Source: Desulfuromonadaceae bacterium (GTDB lineage: Bacteria; Desulfobacterota; Desulfuromonadia; Desulfuromonadales; JAAYDE01). From it: a stretch of DNA of 64,000 bases. The notes below the pieces were generated by a model, which had not been told where the DNA came from, did no database searches, and worked only from the letters and a program-made list of their open reading frames with translations. The first letter of the stretch is position 1, and every line of letters starts with the position of its first letter. Below, in pieces: positions 46,074-59,406 of this stretch. The stretch spans positions 7,326 to 71,325 of the forward strand of contig JAAZDE010000101.1 in the NCBI GenBank assembly GCA_012512925.1. Reading direction: 5' to 3'. A program made the translations under genes and the position numbers.

Positions 46074-46955
46074 TCAGCTGTTGCCCTGCAGTGCGGTAAT
46101 CCGTTCCTCGAGAGATGGATGGGTCATGAAGAGGCGGCGCAGGCCGCTTCCTTTGCTCCCAGTGATGCCGAAAGAGGCCATCTGGTCAGGCAAGGGCCGG
46201 CTTACCGATTTCTGCAGACGCTGCAGGGCGGCGATCATTTTGTCGCGGCCAGCCAAAGAGGCGGCGCCGGCATCGGCGCGGAATTCCCTTTGGCGGCTGA
46301 ACCAGAAGACGATGATGGAGGCCAGCACGCCGAAAACCATCTGGGCCAGGATGGAGGTGATCAGGAACGCTGGTCCATGACCCCGCTCGGTCTTGAACAC
46401 GACGCGATCCACGAGGTGACCCACCACTCGGGAGAGGACGATGACGAACGTGTTCACCACCCCCTGGATCAAGGCCAGGGTGACCATGTCGCCATTGGCT
46501 ACGTGGCTGACTTCATGGGCGAGCACGGCTTCGGCCTCTGCTTCATTCATGGCCCGCAGCAGGCCGGTGCTGACCGCTACCAACGCGCTGTTGCGGCGCA
46601 TGCCGGTGGCGAAAGCGTTGACATCCGGTGAATCGTAGACGGCGACCTCGGGCATCCCGATTCCAGCTTGGTCGGCCTGTCGTTTGACGATGGTGACCAG
46701 CCAGGCTTCTGCCTGGTTTGCGGGCTGATCGATGATCCGGGCGCCGGTCAGGCGCTTGGCCGTCCACTTGGAAATCGCCAGTGATATGAACGCCCCCCCA
46801 AAGCCGAAAACCGCGGCGAAGACCAGCAGGTTGTAGAGGTCGAGGCCGACCCCTTGCTCGTCGAGAATGCGCCCGACGCCCAGCAGGCTCAGCACGATGC
46901 CGAGTACCAAAACAATCGCCAGGTTGGTGATGACAAACAATAGCACTCGTTTCAT
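46074..46955 (-). CDS. htpX: Membrane zinc metalloprotease HtpX (M48)
   Basis: [10 protein letters not shown] zinc motif and TM helices. ATG 46955 follows AAGGGA. The track start 47024 is an extension. Confidence 0.9.
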   Translation of the reverse strand: MKRVLLFVITNLAIVLVLGIVLSLLGVGRILDEQGVGLDLYNLLVFAAVFGFGGAFISLAISKWTAKRLTGARIIDQPANQAEAWLVTIVKRQADQAGIGMPEVAVYDSPDVNAFATGMRRNSALVAVSTGLLRAMNEAEAEAVLAHEVSHVANGDMVTLALIQGVVNTFVIVLSRVVGHLVDRVVFKTERGHGPAFLITSILAQMVFGVLASIIVFWFSRQREFRADAGAASLAGRDKMIAALQRLQKSVSRPLPDQMASFGITGSKGSGLRRLFMTHPSLEERITALQGNS

Positions 46956-47271
46956 GGCTGTGAATCCCTTAAGGTTGGTTTTGTGATTGGACAACGAGTA
47001 TGGATTATGACGCTTGTCTGTCAATAGTATAGCGATAAATTTTCCCCAGGGCGTAGCGTTTGTTGACTGCTTTTCACCGCTGGGGCGCTTCCCGCAAGAG
47101 AGATGACTCCCGATAACCTGATGGCTGCACAGGAGGGCAAAACGGTCACGGTCGGTGGATCGGCTCCCGATTCAAATGTGAAGATTTCATTTGAACCCGC
47201 GGTGCGTTTATAGATCGTAAGGACGTCACCATCCCTTTGCAAAAGAAAGATGCCAACAAAGTAAAGTTGTT

Positions 47272-48666
47272 TTAACGAAGGGCAATCTTATTTTCAGGCT
47301 GTTCCATCACCGCCAAAAGTTCGGCTACTCGTTGATTGAATTGCTTACGCTTGTTTTTAGGTATGGAGACCAGGGTAGGGATTTCGGCTGTAAGGGGGTT
47401 GACCGGGCGCTCATTGATATGCAGCTCAAAGTGCAGGTGCGGCCCGGTAGAGCGTCCGGTATTGCCGGAAAGAGCGATATGTTGGCCACGGCGTACGCTT
47501 TGTCCGGGCTTGACGAGAACACGGTGGAGGTGCAGGTAACGGGTCGCAAAGCGACCGCCATGCCGGATTTCAAGGTACCTTCCGGCAAAAGGATGGTTTT
47601 CTACCCGGCTGACCCTTCCGTCGCCCATGGCCAGTATCGGAGTGCCAACCGGCATGGAGAAATCAACACCGTTATGTGGGGACATTCGCCGCGTGACCGG
47701 ATGACGGCGCGCTCGACTGAAATGCGAACTGACACGAGGACGGCTTTTAAATGGATAGCGTAGAAAAGAACGGGCCAGACTTTCTCCTTTCTCATTGTAG
47801 TAATTTCCGTCTTCAAACAGAAAAGCGCTGTGAAGGCGATGGCGGCGGATTATGCGTGCCCCCTCGACGCGGCTCTGACCGGTTAACTGCCCGTCGACAA
47901 ATTGCCGGCTGCGCACTACCTGAAACTGATCACCAGCCTGGATGTCGCGGGTGAAGTTCAATTGTTCCTTGAATGTATCGGTGATGGTGACCGTTTCCTG
48001 ATCGCTTAAGCCGGAACTGATGGCTGAATTGTAAAAGCTGCCGTGGATTTCTCCGCTCAGAACCTGCTGTCTCCACTCCCCCGGAATGAGAATCTCTTCA
48101 TAGTCAAAACTGGTTTCGTCAATGCGGTGATAGATGACCCGTTTACCAGCATCGACAAACAGTTCCATCCTGACAAGTTGGCGGGTTTTCTCATCCAAGG
48201 TGAAGGTGAGCACATTGCCGGGGCGCAGAATATCGAGTGCCAGCAGCGACTCGTCCGCCGCCATGATCTGGCACAAAGCGACCTGGCTGATCTCGAGACG
48301 GGCAAAGATTGCGCTTAGGTTGTCGCCTGGGACTATCTCACGAGTGAAAATGTGTTCAGGTTCAGCAGGAGGGGTTGGCGGTAACGGCGGTTGTGCTTCC
48401 CCATCGTTTTGGGAAGCCTGTCGTTGGTTTGTGGAAGAAGAGTGGCAGGCAGGGGGGTCTGGCGCTATGGTTTGGGGGGAGTGTGGCCCCCAGTAAAAAG
48501 TAATCATCAAAGCGACCAGAATCAGCAACAACCCCCAGACGCGGACCGGGAGGCTCCGCGACGGTTTGCCGATCTGTTTACGGGGTGGTTTCCAGTCCTG
48601 TTTCATATACGGATCAATAGAGCCATTTTTAATGCCTCTCCCCAGGATCTTTTGGGCTGGGGGCAT
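47272..48666 (-). CDS. M23 family peptidoglycan DD-metalloendopeptidase (MepM/YebA-like, with OapA/LysM-like N-region)
   Basis: HNGVDFSMPVGTPILAMGDGRV and GPHLHFELHIN are M23 motifs, and there is an N-terminal TM segment. An alternative start at MKQDWK (48606) is possible. Confidence 0.85.
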   Translation of the reverse strand: MPPAQKILGRGIKNGSIDPYMKQDWKPPRKQIGKPSRSLPVRVWGLLLILVALMITFYWGPHSPQTIAPDPPACHSSSTNQRQASQNDGEAQPPLPPTPPAEPEHIFTREIVPGDNLSAIFARLEISQVALCQIMAADESLLALDILRPGNVLTFTLDEKTRQLVRMELFVDAGKRVIYHRIDETSFDYEEILIPGEWRQQVLSGEIHGSFYNSAISSGLSDQETVTITDTFKEQLNFTRDIQAGDQFQVVRSRQFVDGQLTGQSRVEGARIIRRHRLHSAFLFEDGNYYNEKGESLARSFLRYPFKSRPRVSSHFSRARRHPVTRRMSPHNGVDFSMPVGTPILAMGDGRVSRVENHPFAGRYLEIRHGGRFATRYLHLHRVLVKPGQSVRRGQHIALSGNTGRSTGPHLHFELHINERPVNPLTAEIPTLVSIPKNKRKQFNQRVAELLAVMEQPENKIALR

Positions 48667-49102
48667 AAAATTTATTCAATCATTTTATGGCGGGGCAGTT
48701 TGATGGCCCCCAAATTATCAAACCTGCAGCAGGAAAACAAGGTAATCGGCAAACCCAGTCTTTATCGATCGCCGTCGACCGCCCGCAGAACCTTTGATCC
48801 AGCCACTTCTTCATAACCCCCGCCCGGGGGTTATCCAGCGCTGTGGTGTCCTGGGTGGGCTAACCAACCTGGACGACACCACGGCGCGGTTCTCAGAAAA
48901 CGTCGATTTCTTTCTTAGCCGCCATTTTTGAGCGATCACCGTCGCTGATCTGAAAAACTGCCGTCGACAGAGGAGAACCCGAGAGTAATCAACCATTATA
49001 AATAATTAAATTTTAATAGTTATCGTCGCTGAGGTAAGAAACGATTTCCGGGAGAAGGGAGGTAAAAAGGTTTTCTCTATACGGGGTAGGAAAAAAACGC
49101 CC

Positions 49103-49142
49103 AAAAAAATCAAGGGCTGACAGCGATTGCTGTCAGCCCTTG
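49103..49142 (-). terminator. Rho-independent terminator after tRNA-Asn
   Basis: Perfect 14-bp stem CAAGGGCTGACAGC-aatc-GCTGTCAGCCCTTG followed by T7 on the minus strand. Confidence 0.8.
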
Positions 49143-49151
49143 AATGCATTC

Positions 49152-49227
<76 letters not shown>

Positions 49228-49325
49228 AAATCGGTTTGGATATTTCTTTTTAATTTCAACCGGTTGAGATCTGTGGAAGAAGAGCCATCCCCGGTACAAA
49301 TCGATAACGGCTGGAATTATACCGA

Positions 49326-49353
49326 GGGGGGAAAGAATGTCAAGGGGTTTTGC
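49326..49353 (-). promoter_or_regulatory. Near-consensus sigma-70 promoter upstream of tRNA-Asn
   Basis: The minus strand reads TTGACA-16 nt-TATAAT. The predicted start lies ~90 nt before the tRNA 5' end. Confidence 0.6.
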
Positions 49354-49404
49354 AAGAATGAAAGCAATGGCCGATGGTTGTTTGATCCATAAAAATAAGG
49401 ATTG

Positions 49405-49432
49405 GTAAAAAGAAGGCCGCGAAATCGCGGCC
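49405..49432 (-). terminator. Rho-independent terminator after mglA
   Basis: GGCCGCG-attt-CGCGGCC followed by TTCTTTTT on the minus strand. Confidence 0.65.
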
Positions 49433-49480
49433 ACAAAGCCTTCTCAGAGGACTGTCTGCAGGTTGCCGGTTTCCGATGAT

Positions 49481-50071
49481 CTACCTCTCACTCTTTTTCA
49501 GGTTGATCAACATCAACTTGGCGACGGCTTTCAGGGTATCGAAAACGCCGTCACCCTTCGGGGCGCAGGCGCAGTATTCCGGAACGTTGCCGGGATTGAG
49601 AAGCTTGTTGAGTTCGTCCACCGGAGTGACATTGGGAAGGTCCCTTTTGTTGTATTGGACAACGTAGGGGAGCTTTTCCAGTTGATAGCCATATTCTTCA
49701 AGATTATCGCGGAGGTTTTCCAGGCTTTCCACGTTGGCGTCAAGACGCTCGGCTTGGGAGTCGGCGACGAACACCACACCATCCACCCCTTTCAGGATCA
49801 GTTTGCGGGAGGCATCGTAGAAAACCTGTCCAGGAACGGTGTAGAGGTGGAAACGTGTTTTGAACCCCTTGATCTCCCCCAGGGAAAGGGGCAGAAAGTC
49901 GAAGAACAGGGTTCTTTCCGTTTCTGTGGCCAGGGAAATCATCTTACCTTTGGCGTCGGGGGCAGTGCGCTGGTAGATGTAGTGGAGGTTGGTGGTTTTT
50001 CCACACAGCCCAGGCCCGTAATAGACGATTTTCAGATTGATTTCGCGGGAAGCGTAGTTGATGAATGACAT
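49481..50071 (-). CDS. mglA: Ras-like small GTPase MglA (polarity/motility regulator)
   Basis: [29 protein letters not shown]...[10 protein letters not shown]...QYNKRD is near-identical in pattern to Myxococcus MglA as I recall it. Confidence 0.95.
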   Translation of the reverse strand: MSFINYASREINLKIVYYGPGLCGKTTNLHYIYQRTAPDAKGKMISLATETERTLFFDFLPLSLGEIKGFKTRFHLYTVPGQVFYDASRKLILKGVDGVVFVADSQAERLDANVESLENLRDNLEEYGYQLEKLPYVVQYNKRDLPNVTPVDELNKLLNPGNVPEYCACAPKGDGVFDTLKAVAKLMLINLKKSER

Positions 50072-50089
50072 GGAGTCGCCCCGTAGTTT

Positions 50090-50581
50090 TTACCGAAACA
50101 GATTATCGATATCCTCGTCGGTGATTTCGGCAAAAAAGCTCTGATTGGATGAACTTTTTTCTTTGGCTTTCTTTTCCAGTGCATTAAAGATCTTTTCCAA
50201 TTCCTCATTCCATTTCCGCACCCGGAGTCGAACCAGGCCGAGAGAACTCCGCTGATCAAAGATGACCACCAGAATCACCCGGCTGGCGACCAGAGAGAGA
50301 TGGAGATTGTCCTTTTCCCCCTCATGAAAGAGAACGGAAAACTCCTTTTCCCCCAACAATTTGGCCAGGCCTCCGGTGGCGGCGATATTGCCGGCAGTGA
50401 GAGAGGCCAGACTGGTGGTGTCCATCTGGTCGGTTTCGCCGGTGGAACTGATCAGCTGCCCATCTTTGTCAACCAGGAAAAGGGCTTTGGCATTGGCTTC
50501 AACTAAAAGCTTGTGCAGAATTGAGGAGATGTTGAGGCATTCTTCGTCAAACAAAACCAACGAAGATTGTGTTCCAAGCAT
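50090..50581 (-). CDS. mglB: MglB (Roadblock/LC7 domain, MglA GAP)
   Basis: Roadblock-type body (ALFLVDKDGQLISSTGE...TSLASLTAGNIAATGGLAKLLGE) with an acidic C-tail. It lies 18 nt upstream of mglA. ATG 50581 follows AAGGAG. Confidence 0.85.
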   Translation of the reverse strand: MLGTQSSLVLFDEECLNISSILHKLLVEANAKALFLVDKDGQLISSTGETDQMDTTSLASLTAGNIAATGGLAKLLGEKEFSVLFHEGEKDNLHLSLVASRVILVVIFDQRSSLGLVRLRVRKWNEELEKIFNALEKKAKEKSSSNQSFFAEITDEDIDNLFR

Positions 50582-50731
50582 TTTAGCACTCCTTGGTATT
50601 GGTGCTGTTCCCATGGGGAAAACGGATGACCATGTCGTTTGCTGATCTTAATGGATGCAAAAGGTACACCAAACAGGCCCGGAGTAATTCCTCCGGGCCT
50701 GTTTGGTCAAACGATATCTCGGCAAAACGGA

Positions 50732-54319
<3,588 letters not shown>

Positions 54320-54436
54320 GGGTTGATTTCCTCCTTCTATAAAAACTCTCGTGATAGCGGGCAGCCTTATCTGCCTTATCTATCGGCAAAAAGCTGTTGA
54401 CGGCGGCAATTCGCAAAAGGCGCGGCCATGCTCCGC

Positions 54437-55036
54437 TCAGAATTCCTGGCGGGCCTTGACGGCGCGTCCAACCGTGGCCTCGTCGATATATTCCAAGTCG
54501 CTCCCCAGGGGTATGCCGTGGGCGAGCCGAGTGACACGGATGTTCATGGGATGGATGAAGCGGGCCAGATATAGTGCCGTTGTCTCTCCTTTGACGTTGA
54601 AATTGGTGGCGATGATGACCTCTTTGACGGAGCCGTCGCTCAAACGGTTTTTTAACTCGGGAATCTTCAATGATTCGGGACCGATTCCATCAAGCGGGGA
54701 AAGCGCCCCGTGGAGGACATGGTAACGTCCCTGATAGCAATGACTGCGCTCGATGGCCATGACATCCTGTGGTTCCTCGACGATGCATAACAGGTTGCTA
54801 TCGCGACGCGGATCAAGGCAAAAGCGGCAGGGATCCTGTTCCGTCATCTGAAAGCATATGGAACAGAAACAGACCCTTTCTTTAAGAGATTTCAAGGCAT
54901 CCGCCAGCGCTTCGGCCTGCTCTCGGGGCTGTTTGAGAACAAAAAAGGCCAAACGAGTGGCTGTTTTCCGCCCGATGCCGGGGAATTTGGCCAATTCAGC
55001 AATGAGCCTGTCGAAAGACGGGACCGAGTCTAACAT
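54437..55036 (-). CDS. recR: Recombination protein RecR
   Basis: LAKFPGIGRKTATRLAF (HhH), the C4 zinc finger CSICFQMTEQDPCRFC, and a Toprim domain. ATG 55036 is preferred over the track TTG at 55045. Confidence 0.95.
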   Translation of the reverse strand: MLDSVPSFDRLIAELAKFPGIGRKTATRLAFFVLKQPREQAEALADALKSLKERVCFCSICFQMTEQDPCRFCLDPRRDSNLLCIVEEPQDVMAIERSHCYQGRYHVLHGALSPLDGIGPESLKIPELKNRLSDGSVKEVIIATNFNVKGETTALYLARFIHPMNIRVTRLAHGIPLGSDLEYIDEATVGRAVKARQEF

Positions 55037-55229
55037 GAGTGTCAAAACCGATTCAATAATATTTAAATTGATGTTCTATTTTTGCAAATTCTCTTTTTCA
55101 GAAGATAAGTCAAAGAGACCCGGAATGGCAATGCCCGGAAGGAAAAATTAAACAACTTTCGATTTCAGGAAAAGGTGAATATTGCCACCGGGATGCTGAA
55201 AATCATTTGTCCAGCCGGGACTTCTCCGG

Positions 55230-55544
55230 TCAGAAAAGACCTGGAATATTCATGCCGCCGGTAATCTTGCCCATTTCCTCCTGGACCATCTCCTGACTTT
55301 TCTTGAGGGCTTCGTTGACTGCGGCAAGGATCAGATCCTCGAGCATTTCGGTATCCTGCGGATCGACGGCGGCCGGCTCGATCTTCAGGCCGAGAAGCTG
55401 CTGTTTGCCGTTGACTCTGGCGGTGACCATGCCGCCTCCGGCCGTGGCTTCCACTTCACGTCCTTCCAACTCCTGCTGCAGACGCTGCATTTTCTGTTGC
55501 ATCATCTGTGCTTGTTTCATGATGTTGCCGAAACCTTTATTCAT
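55230..55544 (-). CDS. ybaB: Nucleoid-associated protein YbaB/EbfC
   Basis: 104 aa. [21 protein letters not shown]...[12 protein letters not shown]. Confidence 0.95.
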   Translation of the reverse strand: MNKGFGNIMKQAQMMQQKMQRLQQELEGREVEATAGGGMVTARVNGKQQLLGLKIEPAAVDPQDTEMLEDLILAAVNEALKKSQEMVQEEMGKITGGMNIPGLF

Positions 55545-55580
55545 CCGATCGTCTCCTTTTCTTGAATTTTATTAAAAATT

Positions 55581-57254
55581 TTACGGGGAGTCGCCAGTGA
55601 GGGGATCGTCCTCGGAACAGGTTTCTCCCAGGACTGTCACCTCTTCCACCTGTCCGCCGAGGATCGTCAGGACCGATTTTACCGCGGGATGTTCCAGGGC
55701 ATCCCGTTTCACTCGATCCTCGGGAGCCATTGTGGAACCACCTTGAGCCGAAAATTCCTCTGCTGTCAAAGAAGTGGGCGCCAGGGTCACCTTCCGTCCA
55801 AAATAGCGCTCCATCAACTCCTCCATCGCCTGTCGGGTGGAGGCATCCTTCATCTGCCTTATTTCAAAGGTACCTTCCATAAAGCCGAGTTCAACCCGTG
55901 ACGGCATGAAGGAGAGGAGACGGCCGGCGCTTAGCTGGGCGGCAAGAAGCGGCTTTACGCTATTCAGATGGGCGAGGAATCCCGGCCAGTCCCCTGCCTT
56001 TTCAGGTGGAGTCTCCGGATGTTTGACCCTGGGGATCTCCGCCGCCGGCGGAACGGGTGAAAAGGTAGCGTCGGGAGGGGATGGAAAAGGGGGCAGTGAC
56101 TTGGCTCCCCCGAGCTGTTTTTCCAGGTCAGCCAGCCGCTCGATGAGATCGGCCAGGGGTTGAGCGGGAGGGAGGTGGCCGATGCGGAGGAGCCCCGCCT
56201 CCAGGGTGATGAGGGGAAAGGAAGCAGTAGCGATATCCTTCTCCAGTTTTAGCAGGAGGGCCAAATCCCTTTGCAGATCGGCCAGATCGGCCAGCTCTGT
56301 CAGCGGTTTGAGATCCTCCGCTTCCGCGTGGGGGCCGTCCGAAGCTCTCGGGGAATCCTGGAAGATCTTGACAAAGATCAATGAGCGGAAGGTTTCGATG
56401 AGATCCTTGCAGAAATGGCGGATGGAAAAACCGATCTCATCCACCCTCAGCACTGTTTCCAGGATCGCCCGGCTGTCGCGCTGCACCAGGGCGGCGGCCA
56501 TTTCCAGCAGGAGGCTGCGGTCGACCACTCCCAGCAGCGCCTCGACATCCTCGTCGACGACCGTTTCACCGCTGTAGGCCACCACCTGGTCGAGGGTGGA
56601 GAGGGCATCCCTCATGCTTCCTTCGGCTTGGCGGGAGATAAGGTGGATGGCCATGGGGGAGATGGCGATCGATTCCCGCTCGGTGATGGCTTTAAGGTGC
56701 GCGGCGATTTTTCCCGCTGGCAGGCGGCGGAAATCGAAACGCTGGCAGCGGGAGAGGATGGTGGCCGGGATCTTGTGCGATTCGGTGGTGGCAAAGATGA
56801 ATTTGGCGTGTTGCGGTGGTTCCTCCAAAACCTTGAGGAGGGCGTTGAAGGCGTTGATGGAGAGCATATGGACTTCATCGATGATAAAGATCTTGAAGCG
56901 TGAATGGGCCGGAAGATAACGGACGTTTTCCCGCAATTCGCGGATATCGTCGACACCGGTATTGGAGGCGCCGTCGATTTCAAAAACATCCACCCCGGTT
57001 CCCTGGGTGATCTCACGGCAGGAGAGACATTCGTTGCAGGGGGTCGGGGTAGGCCCGGATTCACAGTTGACAGCTTTGGCCAGGATGCGGGCAGCCGAGG
57101 TTTTGCCCACCCCCCGCGGTCCGCAGAACAGATAGGCATGATGGATGCGGCCGTTTTTTATGGCGTTTTCCAGAGTCCGGGCGACATGTTCCTGGCCGAC
57201 CATCTCCCCGAAGCGCTGTGGTCTCCACTTGCGAGCCAAAACAAGATAGGACAT
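55581..57254 (-). CDS. dnaX: DNA polymerase III subunit gamma/tau
   Basis: LARKWRPQRF, GPRGVGKTS, the zinc module CESGPTPTPCNECLSC, and IIDEVHML. Confidence 0.95.
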   Translation of the reverse strand: MSYLVLARKWRPQRFGEMVGQEHVARTLENAIKNGRIHHAYLFCGPRGVGKTSAARILAKAVNCESGPTPTPCNECLSCREITQGTGVDVFEIDGASNTGVDDIRELRENVRYLPAHSRFKIFIIDEVHMLSINAFNALLKVLEEPPQHAKFIFATTESHKIPATILSRCQRFDFRRLPAGKIAAHLKAITERESIAISPMAIHLISRQAEGSMRDALSTLDQVVAYSGETVVDEDVEALLGVVDRSLLLEMAAALVQRDSRAILETVLRVDEIGFSIRHFCKDLIETFRSLIFVKIFQDSPRASDGPHAEAEDLKPLTELADLADLQRDLALLLKLEKDIATASFPLITLEAGLLRIGHLPPAQPLADLIERLADLEKQLGGAKSLPPFPSPPDATFSPVPPAAEIPRVKHPETPPEKAGDWPGFLAHLNSVKPLLAAQLSAGRLLSFMPSRVELGFMEGTFEIRQMKDASTRQAMEELMERYFGRKVTLAPTSLTAEEFSAQGGSTMAPEDRVKRDALEHPAVKSVLTILGGQVEEVTVLGETCSEDDPLTGDSP

Positions 57255-57442
57255 TGTTCGGAATCACCTTACCGGAAATTGAAAACGCCGCATTTCGTTG
57301 TCACTGGGCGTTGCCTGGATCGGGACCGTGAGTTTCAATCCTCCAGCCGCTGGGCATAATCAAGGCGGTTTGCCCAAAATCTGCATCACGGCTTGTCTCG
57401 ACACTCTCTTGGACAGCGGAAGATGCCGAAAAACAGGGAAAA

Positions 57443-57465
57443 GAAAAAAACCGGCAACGATTGCC
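57443..57465 (-). terminator. Rho-independent terminator after SRP RNA
   Basis: GGCAA-tcg-TTGCC followed by GGTTTTTTTC on the minus strand. Confidence 0.55.
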
Positions 57466-57472
57466 ACCACAA

Positions 57473-57578
57473 GTGACAGCCAGGCGCCCCTGCGGCACAC
57501 GAAAAATGTCGTTACCGCTGCTCCCTTCCGGGCCTGACGGAGTTGGCGACCTTCCGTTGCACAGGACCCGGCTGTCAC
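57473..57578 (-). ncRNA. ffs: Signal recognition particle RNA (small 4.5S type)
   Basis: The minus strand contains GUCAGGCCCGGAAGGGAGCAGC, matching the conserved domain IV GUCAGGUCCGGAAGGAAGCAGC of E. coli 4.5S. Its partner strand is GUGUGCCGCAGGGG...CUGGC. The closing helix is GUGACAGCC/GGCUGUCAC. It occupies the classic position upstream of dnaX-ybaB-recR. Confidence 0.85.
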
Positions 57579-57631
57579 TTCTATTGGCAAATGAACCGGT
57601 TGTTGGCAAAAGTCGGGAAACAGAAAAATGG

Positions 57632-57720
<89 letters not shown>

Positions 57721-57731
57721 GCAAGGCGCCT

Positions 57732-57760
57732 AAACTACAACAGAAGAGGTGATATGTAAA
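57732..57760 (-). promoter_or_regulatory. Sigma-70 promoter for tRNA-Ser(GGA)
   Basis: The minus strand reads TTTACA-17 nt-TAGTTT. The -10 element ends 11 nt before the tRNA 5' end. Confidence 0.4.
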
Positions 57761-57922
57761 GGTTTTTCTGGTTCCAAAGGCCTTTGGCGCTTTCCTCGGA
57801 ATCCTCTTCTTCACCCGTAAAGGGTAAATTTTCAGAGGTGGGGATAAGGGGCGCGAAGGGGAGGGAGCAATAAGGAATTTACGATGGTCCCTTGGCCTGT
57901 GGCAGGGAAGAAGGTGGGGCCG

Positions 57923-58354
57923 TCACTCGATGATCCGTTGCAGTTTCTCCATCCGCTCGTGACGTTCCTGGGCTTCCACACACATGGTGGCGATCGGCCT
58001 GGCCTCCAGACGCCTGATCCCGATTTCCTCGCCGGTCTCTTCGCAGAAACCGTAACTTCCGTCATCGATACGTTCCAAGGCGGCATCGATCTTTTTGATC
58101 AACTTGCGATAGCGGTCTCGGGTGCGCAACTCAAAGGCGTTCTCCGTTTCCGAAAAGCCCTGATCGACCAGGTCAGTCTCCCGCAACTTTTCCTCCCGCA
58201 TCTGCTCCCTGGTTTTGGCCGATTCGGCAAGGAGCTCAGCCCGCCACTGGAGCAGTTTCTGGCGGAAATAGGCCAGTTGTCTGGGGCTCATGTAGGGCTC
58301 GTCTTCAGTGGGATGATATTCCTCTGCGAGTTCCTGCTGAAATTGGTTTACCAT
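57923..58354 (-). CDS. dksA: RNA polymerase-binding transcription factor DksA (CxxT-x17-CxxA variant)
   Basis: Coiled-coil region with DxxDxA-like tip (DLVDQGFSETE), and C-terminal GFCEETGEEIGIRRLEARPIATMCVEAQ. ATG 58354 is chosen; the track start 58516 is an extension. Confidence 0.85.
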   Translation of the reverse strand: MVNQFQQELAEEYHPTEDEPYMSPRQLAYFRQKLLQWRAELLAESAKTREQMREEKLRETDLVDQGFSETENAFELRTRDRYRKLIKKIDAALERIDDGSYGFCEETGEEIGIRRLEARPIATMCVEAQERHERMEKLQRIIE

Positions 58355-58578
58355 GAATGCTCCATTATGTTGCCGAAAGATAAAGTATGGGAAATAGGAT
58401 AGATGACAATGCCGCCTTGTCAATAGTGACGGCTGTATTTTAGCTTCAGGTATTTTCTCCACCGTTTTTCCGGCGACCCTCTGCTCGCGGCTGATAGAAT
58501 TGCATTGTATCGTCACAGGATTAATTTTGAGAAATGTTCCGGGGAATAATTCCGGTGCAGTAAAAAAGGGAGGTGGAA

Positions 58579-59331
58579 ATGGGCAATCTGATTCTGTTGC
58601 GTCATGGCGAAAGCGACTGGAACCGGGAAAACCGGTTCACCGGCTGGACCGATGTCGACCTGTCCGCGAAGGGGCTCGCCGAAGCTGAAAACGCCGGCAA
58701 GTTGCTGATGGAGGCGGAACTCCTGCCCGACGTGGCCTATACCTCGGTATTGAAACGGGCGATCCGTACCCTGTGGATCGTCCTTGACGTCATCGACCGG
58801 ATGTGGGTGCCGGTGCATCGTCACTGGCGCCTGAATGAGCGTCATTATGGCGCTCTGCAGGGGCTCAACAAGGCTGAGACCGCGGCTCTTCACGGTGAGG
58901 AGCAGGTCCTTCTGTGGCGGCGCAGCTACCAGACGCCGCCCCCTCCGCTGGATGGGTTGGACGAACGGTATCCGGGTTTCGATCCCCGCTACCGCCATCT
59001 CGACCCGGCCGTTCTCCCCCATGCCGAAAGTCTCGAAAATACCGTGAGACGTTTCCTTCCCTACTGGCAGGACGTGATTTCCCCGGAGGTGGCGCTGGGG
59101 CGCAACGTCCTGGTGGTGGCACATGGCAACAGCCTGCGGGCGCTGGTGAAACATCTAGATGGATTGAGTGACGAAGAGGTTGTTGCCTTGAACATTCCCA
59201 CCGGCGAACCCCTTCTCTATCGCCTGGACCCTGATCTGCGGATTCTTGAGTCCCGCTATCTGGGGGATGAAGAAAAAATCCGCGCCAAGATGTCGCAGGT
59301 CGCGGCGCAGGGAAAGGAAGTCAAAAAGTAA
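58579..59331 (+). CDS. gpmA: 2,3-bisphosphoglycerate-dependent phosphoglycerate mutase
   Basis: [20 protein letters not shown] and [12 protein letters not shown] motifs. ATG 58579 follows AAAGGGAGG. Confidence 0.95.
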   Translation: MGNLILLRHGESDWNRENRFTGWTDVDLSAKGLAEAENAGKLLMEAELLPDVAYTSVLKRAIRTLWIVLDVIDRMWVPVHRHWRLNERHYGALQGLNKAETAALHGEEQVLLWRRSYQTPPPPLDGLDERYPGFDPRYRHLDPAVLPHAESLENTVRRFLPYWQDVISPEVALGRNVLVVAHGNSLRALVKHLDGLSDEEVVALNIPTGEPLLYRLDPDLRILESRYLGDEEKIRAKMSQVAAQGKEVKK

Positions 59332-59406
59332 TGTATTGAGTACAGAGGGCGCAATCTTATTGCAGCCGAAGCCGTTGGCCCGGAAAGCGTCGCTTTCGGC
59401 AGGCCG

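Noticed and set aside
47021-47242. 73-aa ORF in the M23-htpX intergenic region.
   Set aside because: It has a TTG start without an RBS and no ATG. Its 3' end overlaps the likely htpX promoter (TTGACA at 47024-47019). It has no recognisable family.
55581-57254. Programmed frameshift or slippage site in dnaX (gamma/tau).
   Set aside because: A visual scan found no A-AAA-AAG type slippery heptamer or long A-run at the expected mid-gene position. Only short A5-A6 runs occur in unrelated positions. I make no claim.
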